Positions 1-15,073 are shown, numbered from the stretch's first letter. The stretch is DNA of 64,000 nt from Lama glama (GCA_028534125.1 CM052816.1:42348001-42412000), one strand, 5' to 3'. A program made the numbers and translations. The notes: generated from the sequence alone by a model not told the origin.

Positions 1-379
1 TTGCCATTAAATAGTTTGAATGAATGGAAAACATCTCTGTAAGAGGGGTTAAGAATCATACTAGAAATTATAGCTGTTAAGAACTCCGTAGAATTTAAGC
101 TTTATCACTTCCCCAGAGCTTGTTAAACTCTGTTTTTTCTTAGGAAGTAATGTCAAAACTCTGAAAATGAAATAGGCAACAAATTAGGAAGACTGCATTC
201 CGTATCACTACCAGTCTGAAAGGGAGGAAAGAGGAGAAGGGGAAGAGAAGGGGAAAGCCTTAGGAGTAGACTTTGAAATAGTTAGTCCTTGGGGTCTGGT
301 AATTCCTGGCCAAAGTCACGTTGATGCCAAAAAAAATAGAGTTATCTCATAGAAAGAGAATAAAAATAATATATGACCT

Positions 380-590
380 CTACTGAGTGCTAACTGAGCA
401 CTTTAAGTATCCCATTTCAAGCTCATAACAACTTTATGAGGGAAGTACTAAGTACTATTATTATTACTACTACCTTTGTACCAATAAGGAAACAGATTCA
501 AAAGTCAAATCATTTGCTAGCACTTCCACACAGCTTGCAAATGGCAGAGCCAGGATTCAAAGGTAGACAGTCTAACCCCAAAGCTCTCTT
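380..590 (-). mobile_element. MIR SINE relic
   Basis: Reverse-orientation MIR motifs: ctcataacaactttatgagg ... aataaggaaacag ... aaatggcagagccaggattcaaa. Confidence 0.75.
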
Positions 591-977
591 ACAAAACCCC
601 ACATCAGATGAAAATTCCACTCACACCACTGATCCAGTTTCTCACCATCTAGGTTAAGTCTGAACTTTAAAGAGCTAACTTTAGGCACCCACCTCATCAC
701 TGAGGGAAATCACTGAGGTCTCTGTAAATAAGAAACTATAATTATTCATATCTATCCATTCAATTTGACATTTATAGAGTTCTTATTCACTGGGCTAGCA
801 ACCCAGAAGTTCACTCTTTAAATATAAGGGCACTTTAGATACCATGTAAACTGTTAAGCAAAAACCTATCATCAACTTTGGAGAATACATCTGATGATTG
901 CTTTGCTCCTAAAGGCTGCAAAATCCTTCTAGTTAAATAACAGGCTCAGAATAATCTGCATAGAATCAGAGTTGTTA

Positions 978-3208
<2,231 letters not shown>

Positions 3209-4704
3209 ACTTATTATTTATAACTTAGATGATTGATTTCTTAAGTATGTTTAAGCACATTTGACTGGATTACTGCATTCTGTTCTTATTTTGTGGTTTG
3301 CTTTATTCTTTTGATAACTATGTAAATTTAAAAAGCTAAAGCTCTAAACTATTCTTAGAAACAATGATCAGTACATATATGTAAACAAAAAAAAGTTCAG
3401 TATACTGTATATATGTATTTACATGCAATATATTGTATATGTGCAGTCAAATTGTAACAATTCTACCTAATAAAACTGAAAAATAAAAAAATTAAAGGGT
3501 ATTAAAAAGGAAAAAGAATAAAAAATGTTTAAAGATTTGGAATTAGATTATTTAGAGCAAAACAAAAAACTATGGTCCCCTTTAAATGCCCTAATAATAA
3601 GTTTTCAGTAGCATTAATTAGCTCTATCTTTACAAAAAAATTTTAGGAAATGGGGAAAGTTTGGTCTGAGTACACATATGGACAACTTTGATGATCAGAA
3701 TGATTACATTTTGTGAGAAACTTAATACTTTTCCAGATCTAAAATTCTGAAAAATCAATCAAGCAACAAAATAAATATTGACTGTCTTATTGAAAGAACC
3801 AACTGGAAAAAATTAGTAATGGAAAGAAGAAGCAACTGAATAGAACCACAAGCCTTGGTACTCTGAAGAGAATAAAAAAGACTATGAAATAGGCAAAGCA
3901 GTGGGGGGAGGGAAATTAGCAAACAATTTTAAGGAAAGACAGGGCATTTTTTAATGTTTGCAAACCTTAAATAAGATTTTTAATGTACAAGGATTCACAA
4001 AATCATCTCTCAATTTTCCCCATTGGGAAGCTAAATAGGTGCATTAGTCTAATAATTCATACAACATTTCCATTAAGTTGGATTTGTTATTAAAATTATT
4101 TTGTAATCTGTGAGTACATATCAACCTTCAGGGATCCCCAGTGAGAATCCAAACTTAGAATAAACCAACTGTCCTACTAATCCACCAAGGAAGCCACCCT
4201 CAAGCAGATAACCCAGAGATGATTTTTCCCGTCATGCTGAACTTCAGTTCAGAAAATAGCTACTTAAAATAAAACCTTAAACTCATGCCAACAATGTAAA
4301 GGTGTCAGAAGCTTGATTTCTGAATTCCCCATCATTACTTCAACAGTGTCAACCCACAAGCCTTTAGGAGGAAAATTTGTTATTAGAAGTTACTAATGGA
4401 TTCATGGTGTCCACCATACAGTTAGTAAAAATAAGAGAGAGATCTGGCCTAGGGGTCAGAACAAAGACTGATGAACCATCTCTTAACCTCTAGGCTTCTC
4501 TGCCTCCTGGCTTCATAGAACTGTGGTAATTATGAATATAAGTGTTTTTTATAAAATTATTCAAATTTAAGGATCAATGGTTATAAGCCTAATATATGTA
4601 TCCTAAAAACTTTTAAATGGTCTAATAAGGAGAATAGGATATATCAAAGAGATAACAGATCCCACTTATATAGGTCAAAAAATTAGATTACAGTAACAAA
4701 CCAT

Positions 4705-4820
4705 GCCGTTAGTTCAGTCAATTCACATTAAGCAGACAGAGAGCACCTACACTGTGCTAGGCTCTGAGGGTGGAAAACTTAACAAGAATGGCCCCTGCAT
4801 CTGAAACTTACAATAGCTCC
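4705..4820 (-). mobile_element. L2 LINE 3' end relic
   Basis: gagcacctacactgtgctaggctctgaggg...gcccctgcatctgaaacttacaatag resembles the reverse L2 3' terminus. Confidence 0.6.
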
Positions 4821-6191
4821 ACTGACTACAAACATGCAGTATTTTATAAATAATGAAAATGATAGCACTGTCTGGATAGCTACTTTATTTGACCTCACAG
4901 GTACAAGAACAATTTATTGAAGTAAACACGAAATAAAACAAAAATGGAAAATTGATGCTGCCATCTGAATATCCATTAAAAACCCACATAACAAATTCCA
5001 CTTTTATACAAAGTGTATAAACTTGACTAAAACAAAATTAAACAACACCCCTGCCTAAAAAAAAAGTAAACTCTTGCTTGGAGGTTTGGATAATGATTTT
5101 ATTTCCTCAATTGATATGTGCAGACGAAGTCTGAGAGTCAACTCTATCCACATTAAGGGGACTCCATACTAGTTTCCTTGCATATATGTGTACAACGGAA
5201 CTACCCCTGGCCCCAGGTGTTTTTAATCTGAACAGTGGCTCTCAAACAAGGTGGACTTAACCTTAACCAGATTTGCCTAATTCAAATATTGCCAATGCCA
5301 TTTGTTATTTTTATTAAAAAAAAATTCAAAATGCTCTTGAGGTTTGGGAATTCACAATCCAAGAAGAACTCTGGGTTCCAGAGTTGAGTTATAAAGGAAA
5401 AATGAAAGTATCTCACTCAGGAAGGAAAAATCCTCATCATGTTATAGGAAGTTACTAAGTAGTAGTCTCCCAAGTTTGCAGCAAAACCTTTCCTCTACTT
5501 CTGACAAGAAAAACACAGGATAGTGTTTGCCTAAAGCTAAAAAGGGTAGTTGCTCAAAACTTACATTTTTGCCTTTGTGATTTTTTTCCCTAACTAAACT
5601 GAAACTGACCAATGAGATTTTAAAAGGACCCATTATTCAACAGTATGCTATAATCATGGAAGTTCTCTTCAATCACTGAAATAGCTTAAATACTTAGAAA
5701 TTATGATTAATACCATTTGAAGCCCTGCCAACCTAAAAAGACACAATTTTGCAGTGGGAAAAGAAAATTAGAATGCTTAATGCAAAAGGAATAAAAGAAG
5801 TATTCTGACTAAATTTAGATTAGAATTATGTTTATCTTTTTGTCACAATATGAAAACCATTTGGTTTAATTGGTGTGTGCTGGGGTTGGGGGCAGGGAGG
5901 AGAGGATGGAATGATCAGACATCTTGCTTAGAAATAGTCTCTTCTTACGTCCTTTCTTTTCCTCCAAGGGCCCTGGGAGCACTGTGTTGACAGCCCGTGT
6001 CTGCCTGACCAGGCAGGCACACACACATTTTCCTATCCTGGAAATCTGTGCCTCTGAGAGAACTAATAACATGATCCCATTCCACTTACACTTCAATTGA
6101 ACTTGCAAATGAAATTTGCAGACTAGGATGATCAATTGTATTTCTTGGCTTGATTCAACCTCAGAGCTTCACCTCCAAAATGCTGACTTAC

Positions 6192-6255
6192 GTAAACTTG
6201 CTGAAACTAATCTGAGCCTTTCTTTAAGCAAGTTCTGTCCTGACCAGGTTGCCAT
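6192..6255 (-). other. Candidate alternative first (coding) exon MATWSGQNLLKERLRLVSASL, phase-1 donor
   Basis: ATG at 6255 in strong Kozak context (aaaATGG), open for 64 nt to TTAC|gtaagt; repeat-free context; peptide not recognised. Confidence 0.25.
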
Positions 6256-6414
6256 TTTTTGTTTTGTTTTGTTTCTCATCAAAACAGATATAAGCTCCAA
6301 TACTGGGTGGAGTTAGTCCCTGCGATTGTTACAAACCACTTATCAACAAGCATGAAACTGTAAAAAGATTATATCCTGATGACTCTGTCCTCTTTAACAA
6401 TTAAAGCAGCTAGG

Positions 6415-7205
6415 CTCAACAACAAAAACAAGTATTTACTATGTGCCTATTCTGTGCCATGCACTGTGCTACATATTAACGATACAAGTCAAATAAAACA
6501 GAATTGCTCCCCCAAGGAGCACATCATTTGTTCAACAAATTAATGTGCTAAGGACTATTCTATATGGTGGGAATACAGAAGAGAACATTAACACACCCTT
6601 TTGAAGCTTACATTCCAGGGGTCATCAATGAGCAATTTTTTAAAAAAATCACACGGCATTTCAGATGGTGAGAAAGTTCTATAAAGTAAAATATTAAAAT
6701 AAGCTGGGAAGTGGGTAGGAAATGCCAATGGTGGGAGAGTCTTGATAACTTAAATGAGGTGGTCAAGGAAGGTCTCACAAATTATGTGAAACGTGAACAA
6801 AAATCCAAATGAGCCAAGGGAGCTATCTGGAGAAAAGGTAATCAAGGCAGAAAGAGGAGCAAGTGAGAAATGCTCGTGGATGGAGTATGCCTGGCATTAA
6901 AGGACCAGGAAGGAGGCCAGGGTTGGGGAGGCCATGGGTAGTAGGAGATGAGGTCACAAAGGCAATAGGAGGTCAGATCATGGTGGGCCCTCCTAGGCAG
7001 TGTGAAGATTTTGGCCTTAACTCAGAGTGAACTGGGGGGCCACTGGAAGGTTTGGAGCAGAGGAATGAATTGATTTGACTTATAAATGTTTTAGCAGACA
7101 TATATATTTATCTGCTTTGACTGGTGAGGAGGCTACTTCAGTATTCCCGGCAAGGGATGGTAAGGATGGACTAGGGCAGTAGCGGAGGAAATGGTGAGAC
7201 AGGAG
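6415..7205 (-). mobile_element. L2 LINE relics (two adjacent 3' pieces)
   Basis: caagtatttactatgtgcctattctgtgcc..., cattt gttcaacaaat..., gtggtcaaggaaggtctc, ggaaggtttggagcagaggaatga, ggaaatggtgaga. Confidence 0.8.
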
Positions 7206-7206
7206 G

Positions 7207-7670
7207 TATCAGAGCTGTCTGATTATATGCAAAAGAAAACCACTCTACCAAAAAAAGAAAGAAAAGAAAAGAAAATATTGGGGAAATCTCATGAAATTGA
7301 CAGGGAGCCTGGAGAACAAGACTTGGAAACAAAATAGAAACAAGGCCAGGAACTACCTGACCATCACAGCAACATCACTGGAATACATGAGCTTCAACTG
7401 TTTCTTTTGACTTTGCACCACTCACTCAAGATTCAAAAACCCTGGCAGCTTCAGCTTTCCAAGCTTTAGTCACATGCCCATTTCTTGGTGCATACCCAAC
7501 AGTAGAGAGTAAGAACCAAGGGCCCCTCTAGTGGGGATCCAAGGAGACTTGATCTACCATCATCAGATCCTAGACTCCCAGGATGGCATTACATGGGAGA
7601 GACATAACAGTTCAAAAGGAAATCAAGATGCTATTAGGAAGCAAGAATGAACACCAGGAAGACTAGTACA
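7207..7670 (-). mobile_element. Old MaLR solo LTR (MLT1K/L-like)
   Basis: tgcaaaagaaaaccactct..., cactcactcaagattcaaa, ttagtcacatgccca, aaggaaatcaagatgctatt. Confidence 0.6.
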
Positions 7671-8278
7671 GGAAGCAATTTATGTCTGGTGGATAAAGGC
7701 AGCATTAATAAACAAAAGATGTCTCAGAATTAAAGTGATCTCATAAACTGACACATATTTTTCAGTGAAAAGGTACTGATGATATCCAACTGTCACTTTA
7801 TCTCTCTCTAGATATAAATACAATTCTGGTATTCAACAGAGTGAAGACTAGTTTATTTAGCTGTCAAGTGGCCACACAAAGTTTTTGGTTTTTTACACTG
7901 TAAATGTCTAGATAAACAATTTTGGAAAATATTTAATTTTTAAGCCAAATAAGACATAACACATGTATACCTTCCCATCAGAAGGGTCAAAGGTAGTATA
8001 TTTGAAACAGTATATTTGAATTTGAATTCTTCAGATAACCTTATGAACTGTTGAACATAAACAGCTGAATAAAAGTCAAAATACATCTTTTTTTTCATTT
8101 TAAATCATTCTTTTCATTCTCTCTAGGTAATTCCTGCTCTTTGAACAGGAAATAGACATGGAAAAACATGATAAAGAGGCATTCCTTCTCTTATCATACT
8201 TTCTCATGTCTATTTCCCACTCAAAGGAAAGCAACTATGTAGAGAGAATGAAAAGAATGATTTAAAATAATATGTTTT

Positions 8279-8412
8279 GGGGGGAGGGTATAGCTCAGTG
8301 GTAGAGTACATGTCTAGCATGCACAAGGTCCTGGGTTCAATTCCCAGTACCTCTGTCAATAAAATAAATAAATAAGTAAACCTAACTACCTCTCCCTGCA
8401 AATTAAATAATT

Positions 8413-8440
<28 letters not shown>
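8279..8440 (+). mobile_element. tRNA-Ala-derived SINE (Vic-1-like, long form) whose tail ends in (TA)n at 8416-8440
   Basis: ggggagggtatagctcagtggtagag...cctgggttcaattcccagtacctc, then aaacctaactacctctccc; TSD decayed. Confidence 0.93.
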
Positions 8441-8443
<3 letters not shown>

Positions 8444-8459
8444 TAGGATGTTTATTCTG

Positions 8460-8780
8460 AGTATGTAAACCCCTACAGATCATATCTCCAGGGAACAAGC
8501 TGGTGATAGTGAGCCTTTAGACCTCCCAAAAGAGCATGTGATGCTACAATCTAGTCAATGTTGCCACATCAGAATGCAGATCCAGAGATCCCAGATTTTC
8601 TGATTTTTCAAAAGAAGCTGAGATTCCAGATTTTTATATGAAACCTCCAGATTTTAAATGCTTGAAACTTTAGTTTGGGTTTTGGGGGTTTGAGTTTTTA
8701 TTTAATTTTAATTTTTTTTCCAGTTTTTGAATACTACATAGGTCAAATAAAACACCTAAATGTGAGCTCTGTTCTTCATT
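8460..8780 (+). mobile_element. hAT-Charlie DNA transposon relic (MER102-like)
   Basis: ccagattttctgatttttcaaaagaagctgagattccagatttttatatgaaacctccagattttaaatg matches the recalled core of this family. Confidence 0.55.
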
Positions 8781-9019
8781 CCTTCAAGGTGCAGTCAGAC
8801 CTCAATAGAGATGAGCAGGTACCTGAATTCCTTTTTCCTGTTTCCAATAATAACAACACAATCCTTTTTTTCCCTTCATGGGAACTAGATGACATCTATG
8901 GCAGACATGGATTCCCTAAGAATTCCCTTCATAATCCAGCTGCAACCAAAATGATCAATGCTTTTAGAACAATTTCAAAACGACATGTTTTGTGAAGCTA
9001 TGGAAGTACCCTGACTTAC

Positions 9020-9156
9020 TGCTCCACGTATAATGTCCAGAACCACAAAGGGAGAATTGCAGAACTGCTTTAGGGTGAGACAGCCACGTTGACTGGGGCA
9101 GTTGCTGAGGAACACAGGTCATCTGGAAGAGGAACTCAGCAATGAGGCAACTGAAT
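9020..9156 (-). other. Candidate internal exon (137 nt) of an unidentified minus-strand gene
   Basis: Acceptor atattttttttag|ATTCAG and donor GCA|gtaagt; repeat-free, higher GC than flanks, retains CpGs; one frame open (FSCLIAEFLFQMTCVPQQLPQSTWLSHPKAVLQFSLCGSGHYTWS), not recognised. Confidence 0.45.
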
Positions 9157-9227
9157 CTAAAAAAAATATGCTGAAATGGGACTTCAGTGGGGGAAAAAAA
9201 AGCCACAATAAAAAGGAGGCCCTTCCT

Positions 9228-9342
9228 GGGGGGTAGGTGTAGTTCAATGGTAGAGTGTGGGCTTAGCATGCACGATGTCCTGGGTTCAATCCTCAGTACC
9301 TCCATTAAAAATAAAAAGAAAGAAAGATAGAAGGAAAGAAAG
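9228..9342 (+). mobile_element. tRNA-Ala-derived SINE (short form: tRNA body plus A/GAAA tail)
   Basis: tRNA-like body ends ...agtacctcca; perfect 16-bp TSD aaaaggaggcccttcc at 9211-9226 and 9343-9358. Confidence 0.95.
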
Positions 9343-10819
9343 AAAAGGAGGCCCTTCCAAATTCCTCATCTCCAATTTTCTTCCTTAACCCATTTCCCAG
9401 TTCTTTTAGCCCCACGGATTGGCTTCTTTAAGTCAACTGAGCACCGTGAACACCAGACCTTGTACAAGACACCAGGAACTATGCATGTGTATATATACAC
9501 ACAGACACAAATTTCCAAAAGAAATCAGTTGAGAAGAAATTTTTATGGAATGTGCTCAGAGAATTGGTTAGTCAATGGAGATTTATGTAAATATTTTTAA
9601 AGGTATTCATAAGTGACCTAATCCACACAAGCAGGCTTCCTTTTGCATTTTTTCCTCAGAACAGTGGAAGCTTTATTCACAAACTCCACATGAAAGAAAT
9701 ACATTCTTTCATTCAATGGCTAAGGATCTGTAGAATCATTTCCTTTCTACAATGCAAATTTGGTCCATGACTTACCCACTGACTTCAGGTGGCTGATGAA
9801 CCACAACCATGAGAGGGGACGATAGGGCACTGCTCTGAGAGAGTGCTTTTCATCCCCTCAAAACATTCACAAACATTAACCAATTAATTTGAGTGAAGTC
9901 AGACTTTTTTCAAAAAACAAATGAGAAAACTGATGATATTTAAAAGCTTTCCCTACAAAGGGATTCAGTGTCTGAATCCGAATTAGAACTTGGACCTTCC
10001 TAACATTAGCAGTTCAGAGATTCAGCTCATATAAACATTTGAAAGGTCAGCTGTTCATCAAATACTTTTCCAACTACAGCAAATGTATCCTTATTAAGTT
10101 TCTTTTGCAATAGTTCCAAGGTGCTGAACACTCATCCAATGCCACCAATAATTAACAATCCAAAACAACCTAAACACAGGGAATTTTTTGTTGGAATTCT
10201 GAAACTTCAGTCTATCTTAGGAACAGAGCATGTGGGAGTGGTTATGGGCAAAAGACAGGCTAGGAAAAAAGACTTCAGGCTGAAAAGTTTTCCTGAGATT
10301 GGTCCTTCCCTATTGCAAACAGGTTTGCAGCAAGAAGAAAAGTGTTTGTTCTCTTCAAATGAGAACATCGTGCTTCCTGGGAACAGGCAGAAAAGGAAAA
10401 ACCAAGCAAAACAATATCCCTTGGCCTAATATTCAGAAAAGTCAACAAAACATGGAGTCATAAATACAGTCCTTTTTATTCTATCTATTCAAATTTAATT
10501 GAAAACTATCTGTCCACCCAAAGCTTAAAGATTTCAAAACGTTACTTGAACTCCCCATCTACCATGAGATAGTACCCTCCCATTCTTTCTACACACCCTA
10601 CAAAAAATCACAAGCCCGATTTAAACAATCTCATTTATTGTGGGACTTGAGAATTGAACAGTTACCAGCTTGAAAAGGTTTCCCAGAGTCTCACACCCAC
10701 ACACTATCTTCTATTAGTTTCTACATGGTCATCTTAACCTGCCACTGTTACATAATGAGCTAGTTATGTAGCACATCAGCAAGAAAAGAGGATTTTAGGG
10801 AAAGCATTGAAAACATTTT

Positions 10820-12138
10820 AATCTCTATGTCAGACTCAAGATTAACTTGAAATGATGGTAAACCTAAATGTAAAAAACTACTAGACTTCTAGAGGGAAAT
10901 TCTTGTGACATTGAGTTAGGAAAAGATTTTTTAAACAAGACACAAAAAGTGTAAAATAGAATGGATAAAATGAACTTAGTCAAAATTTTAAATGTTTGCT
11001 CTTCAAAAGACACAATTAGGAAAATGAAAATGCAAGCTGCAGATTGTGAGAAAATATTTGTAAACTATGTGTTTGACAAAAGGGTTCTATTAAGAGAATT
11101 TTTTAAAAAAAAATACATATGCAAGTCAATAAGAAAAAGATAACCCAATTTTTAAAAAATGAACAAAAGATTTGAACAATCACAGAAGAAGATATGGAAA
11201 TAGCCAATAGGCCCAGAAAAGATGCTCAGCATCACTAGTCATTAAGAAAATGCAAATTAAAACCACAGTGAGCTACCACTAAACAGCCACTAGAATAGCT
11301 CAAGTTAATAGGACTGACAATATCAAGTGTTGTCAAGGATAGAAGCAACCAGAACTCTAGTACATTGCTGGGGGAATACAAAAGTATGGCCACTTGGAAA
11401 ACAGTAAGGCAGTATCTTATAAAGTCAAACATAGATTTACCATATGACCCAGCACACCCACTCCTAGGTATTGAACCAAGAGAAATAAAAGTATATTTCC
11501 ATACGAAGACTTAATGCATGAATGTTGACAGCAGCATTATTCATAATAACCCCAAATTGGAAACCACCCAAATGTTCACCAACTAGTGAATGGATCAATA
11601 AATCATGGTATATCTATGACATGAAACACTACTTAACAATAAGAAAAAAAATACTGATAAAAACAACAACACAGGATAGATGAAAGATTGTCAATTGTAG
11701 CTAAGTGAGTAGTTTGTGAGTTTCATTATATCACTATTTTTTCTACTTTCTTTCCTATGTTTGAAATTTTCTATAATAAAATGTTTTAAAAGTTTTTTTT
11801 TTAAGTACAGATAAATCTCAAAAGCTTTATGCTAAGCAAAACTATCCAGACACAACAGACTACCATATTGTATGATTTCATTTACATGACATTCTGGAAG
11901 AGGTAAACTACAGTAACAGAAAACAGATCAATGGTTGCCTGGACCCAGGGGTTGGAGGAGAAGATTAACTACAAAGGGACACAAGGGTACTTTCTAGGGT
12001 GATGGAATTTTTCTATATTTTGATTGTGGTGGAGGTTTTGCAGCTTTACATAATTAACTGAAAGTCATCCAACTGTACACTTAAGTGAGCAAGTTTATTA
12101 TATGTAAGTTATATTTCAATAAAGCTATAAAAAGAAAA
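10820..12138 (+). mobile_element. Old L1M (L1MB/ME-type) ORF2 end and 3' UTR, with a second short L1 3'-end fragment embedded at ~11690-11800
   Basis: Degenerate ORF2 peptide MDKMNLVKILNVCSSKDTIRKMKMQAADCEKIF; aaatgcaaattaaaaccaca; ttaccatatgacccagca; ends tttcaataaagctataaaaagaaaa. Confidence 0.9.
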
Positions 12139-12213
12139 CTCAATGTCAGGAAGTCTTTACTTACTATTGCTATTCTATGAAATCTTGCTCTGTGAAATAA
12201 TCTGAATACTTAC

Positions 12214-12372
12214 CATCACATTCATAATAGATTTGAGGTTTCCTTTCAGAAGGAACCCACTAACCATTTTATATCTATGATTTGTTTTACTATTGTTTCA
12301 AGTTAAGAAGCTAGGTCAGAAAACTGAGCAATGATTTGACTTGCTCCTTTGTCATCTCCCTAACACCATTTC
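12214..12372 (-). other. Candidate non-coding exon (159 nt)
   Basis: Acceptor tctttcctcttcag|G and donor ATG|gtaagt; stops in all three frames. Confidence 0.25.
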
Positions 12373-12444
12373 CTGAAGAGGAAAGACCTCACCTTAAGTC
12401 AAAGTATTCACAGTGTGATGCAATTCAATAAGCGTTCACTGAGG

Positions 12445-12640
12445 GTCAGTTTTGAATTCTGGAACTTATCACCTTGGACAAGTTATTTAACCTCCTCGTG
12501 TTTCAATGTCTCATCTATAAAACATAGATAAGAGCAGTATCTACCTCATAGGTTTGTTCTGAGGATTAAATGAGTTAATACATTAAAAGTGCTTAGAACA
12601 GTGTGTAGCAATAGACAAACACTTTGTCTTAACTATTATT
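12445..12640 (+). mobile_element. MIR SINE
   Basis: accttggacaagttatttaacctc...ctcatctataaaa...ctacctcataggtttgttctgaggattaaatgagttaatac. Confidence 0.85.
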
Positions 12641-12929
12641 ATGTGCAAGGTGCTAAAAGTACAAGACATAAGACAGTTTGTTATGTTGTTTGTCTTGATA
12701 AGCTCACAGTTCAGTGAAAAGACAGAGAATGAACTACTAACATAATGTCAAAAAGGAACACAAAGAGAGAATGTTTAAGTACTATGAGAATGCAGATGCG
12801 TGAGCAATTCATGTTGGAGGTAAGGGGAGTTTGTGAAGGAATGCTACAAAGAGCAAGTTTTAGAAGAAAAAAGGGAATTCTCCAGACCAAAAGGGGGGGA
12901 AAAAAGTACAAATAGGAGTTGTGATCAAG

Positions 12930-13150
12930 TACTGAATCTGCTAAATGCTATGCACTGTGCTGTAAATTTTACAAAGGCCATTTCTCTTATAAATGTTGCA
13001 ATAACTCCATAAGACAGGTACTACAGTACCCATTTAAGACATGAGGAAACCGAGTGGCAGAGATTATGATCACTTGCCCAAGGACACCAAACCAGTGCAT
13101 GCCCTAAGCTAGAATCCAAACACAGCATTTTAGACTATGAAACCTGCACA
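12930..13150 (-). mobile_element. MIR SINE
   Basis: cccatttaagacatgaggaaaccgag...cacttgcccaaggacac. Confidence 0.75.
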
Positions 13151-13377
13151 AAGAGCAAAGACTAAGGTGTTGAAGAACATAGTGTGTTTTGGGAAAGAGC
13201 ACAGAGCTCAGTGTAACTAGCACATAGATAAAGCTAGGAAGCTGAGTGCTTGGGGGTCCTGCAACCAGTTATCGTGTCTCAGACGAGGAACACCATTACT
13301 GTTCCCAGACAGGAAGCTCTCAATGGCCTACTACTTCAGTAGACTTTATTTAGTAAGCATAGTCTTCCTTGATACCG

Positions 13378-13755
13378 GTGGCAGAGATTTCTTAAAATGT
13401 GTGCCAGAACCCCTGGGAAATGTGTTAGAAACACAGATTTTCCAGATATCACATACAAGCCTACGGAATCAGAATCTGTTTGATCTGGACCCTGAACTTA
13501 CCTTTTTAACAATTTCCCTGGGTATTTCTCATGCATACCAAAGTTACAGAGCCCTAGCAACTGTAGATTTACTACTCAGAACTCAGCCTCTTAGGACTCA
13601 GCTCTCAAACTTCACTGTGCAGATGAGTCACCAGGGAATCCTTTGGACAAGGAGATTCTGATTTAGTTGACTGGGGGACAAGGGACCCTGAAATTCTGCC
13701 AGTGGTTGCAGATGTCACTGGGCTGCAGACCATGGTGGAGTCCCAGAGTTGTAGA
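13378..13755. mobile_element. Two adjacent MER5-type (hAT-Charlie) non-autonomous DNA transposons (~13378-13560 and ~13598-13755)
   Basis: gaatcagaatct...ttttaacaa...ccctgggtatttctcatgcatac, and ctctcaaactt...gagtcaccaggga...agattctgatttagt. Confidence 0.7.
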
Positions 13756-15073
13756 ACCACCACCCAGATTTCTCCTCCCTTTCTACCATCCCTCCTGCTG
13801 GAGATGAATACAAATTCATCTCCAGACTAATTTTCCTTGCCCAGCTTTACTGCACCTTAAAACAACCGTCTGTTTATTTACTGTCTAAAAATGTTGTACC
13901 TTTGCCAAGAGGAGATGGTCAAACTGTTTTTATTTTCATATGCTAGTTACTGAAAAACAGTACTTTTATAAAAAATGTTTCTTGGATGTCAGGAATTGCT
14001 CAACGAAATTCCAGGAGGACCTAAGAAGTCCAGCTGGTAGTATATAAAATGAGAGGCTGATGATGACAAAAGGTGTGGAAAATTGACATTATCCTGTGTA
14101 ATAATGCATATAGTCCGTCATGGGGTCCTATTAGCATTTTCAATACGTTCTTTTAAATAATACAATGAAACCAACAGGGCTACTGTCTCTGGAGTCATGA
14201 ACAAATGACTAAGGAAGAATTTTCATCAGAATGAATCTCCTTATTTAGAACTTAAGGAACCTGAGCTTTCTGGTCTCCTGTGCAGACATGCTCTGGAAGC
14301 CTCTCCTTGCTGGCACTCCTGCAGGGAAGGAGCTGTGTGAAGCTGCCTGCCAAGGCTGCAGCTCCCTGGCACTAGGCAATGGCAAAAGCCACTCCAGCTG
14401 AAAGGCGTCTTTTGCACTCTGGGTGAGAATGGCTGCTTCAGAAAAAGGCTTTTTCAGTTCCTAATGCTATTCTTCTATGTGCTATCATATTTTCAAAGCG
14501 CACATCCTTAATCCTTATGGAGAAGATCCTTTGTAATTTTGCAGTGCCTCTTCTAATGGGCTCTCCTAAGCCTTTCTTAATGTGTGTCCATTAACTTGGA
14601 CTCATTCTTGGCTTTGCAATTCACACAGTTACTTTATCTCTGTGGTTAAAACTCTTCTGTTCGTTGTTCCCACTTAATTCAGATGAATTAAATAGGCACT
14701 TTCATAAAGGGGCTACATTACCCACTCTTTTTAAAATGGATAGGCCTGCGTGCTGAAAATTCCCTCAAGAGACTGTAGTCTTATTCAATTTCGTGTATTT
14801 TAGGTGATAGAAAATGTATTTTGATCTGACATCTCACATCTTTGTCCTGAATTCTTAGTTCTAAGACTGCAAAGAAGCTACCAATCAAATTACTTACACT
14901 GTTGTTAAGAAACATGCTTTCAATAGAAAGACAAATCAATACTTTGAGAACTAAAATTAAGACTCTCTTTAGTATTTAATAAGCCCCTCTAGATGGAGTC
15001 AATCATCCAGGCTCATGGGAGAAGCCAAAGAGGATTCTAGGCAAATTCAAGAAATAAATACAATTCATGACAC

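Noticed and set aside
9228..9304. tRNA-Ala(AGC)-like sequences (also at 2593, 8279, 27326, 29584, 50995) as tRNA genes
   Set aside because: Each has stem mismatches, an A-rich tail and mostly TSDs, so they are SINE copies rather than tRNA genes.
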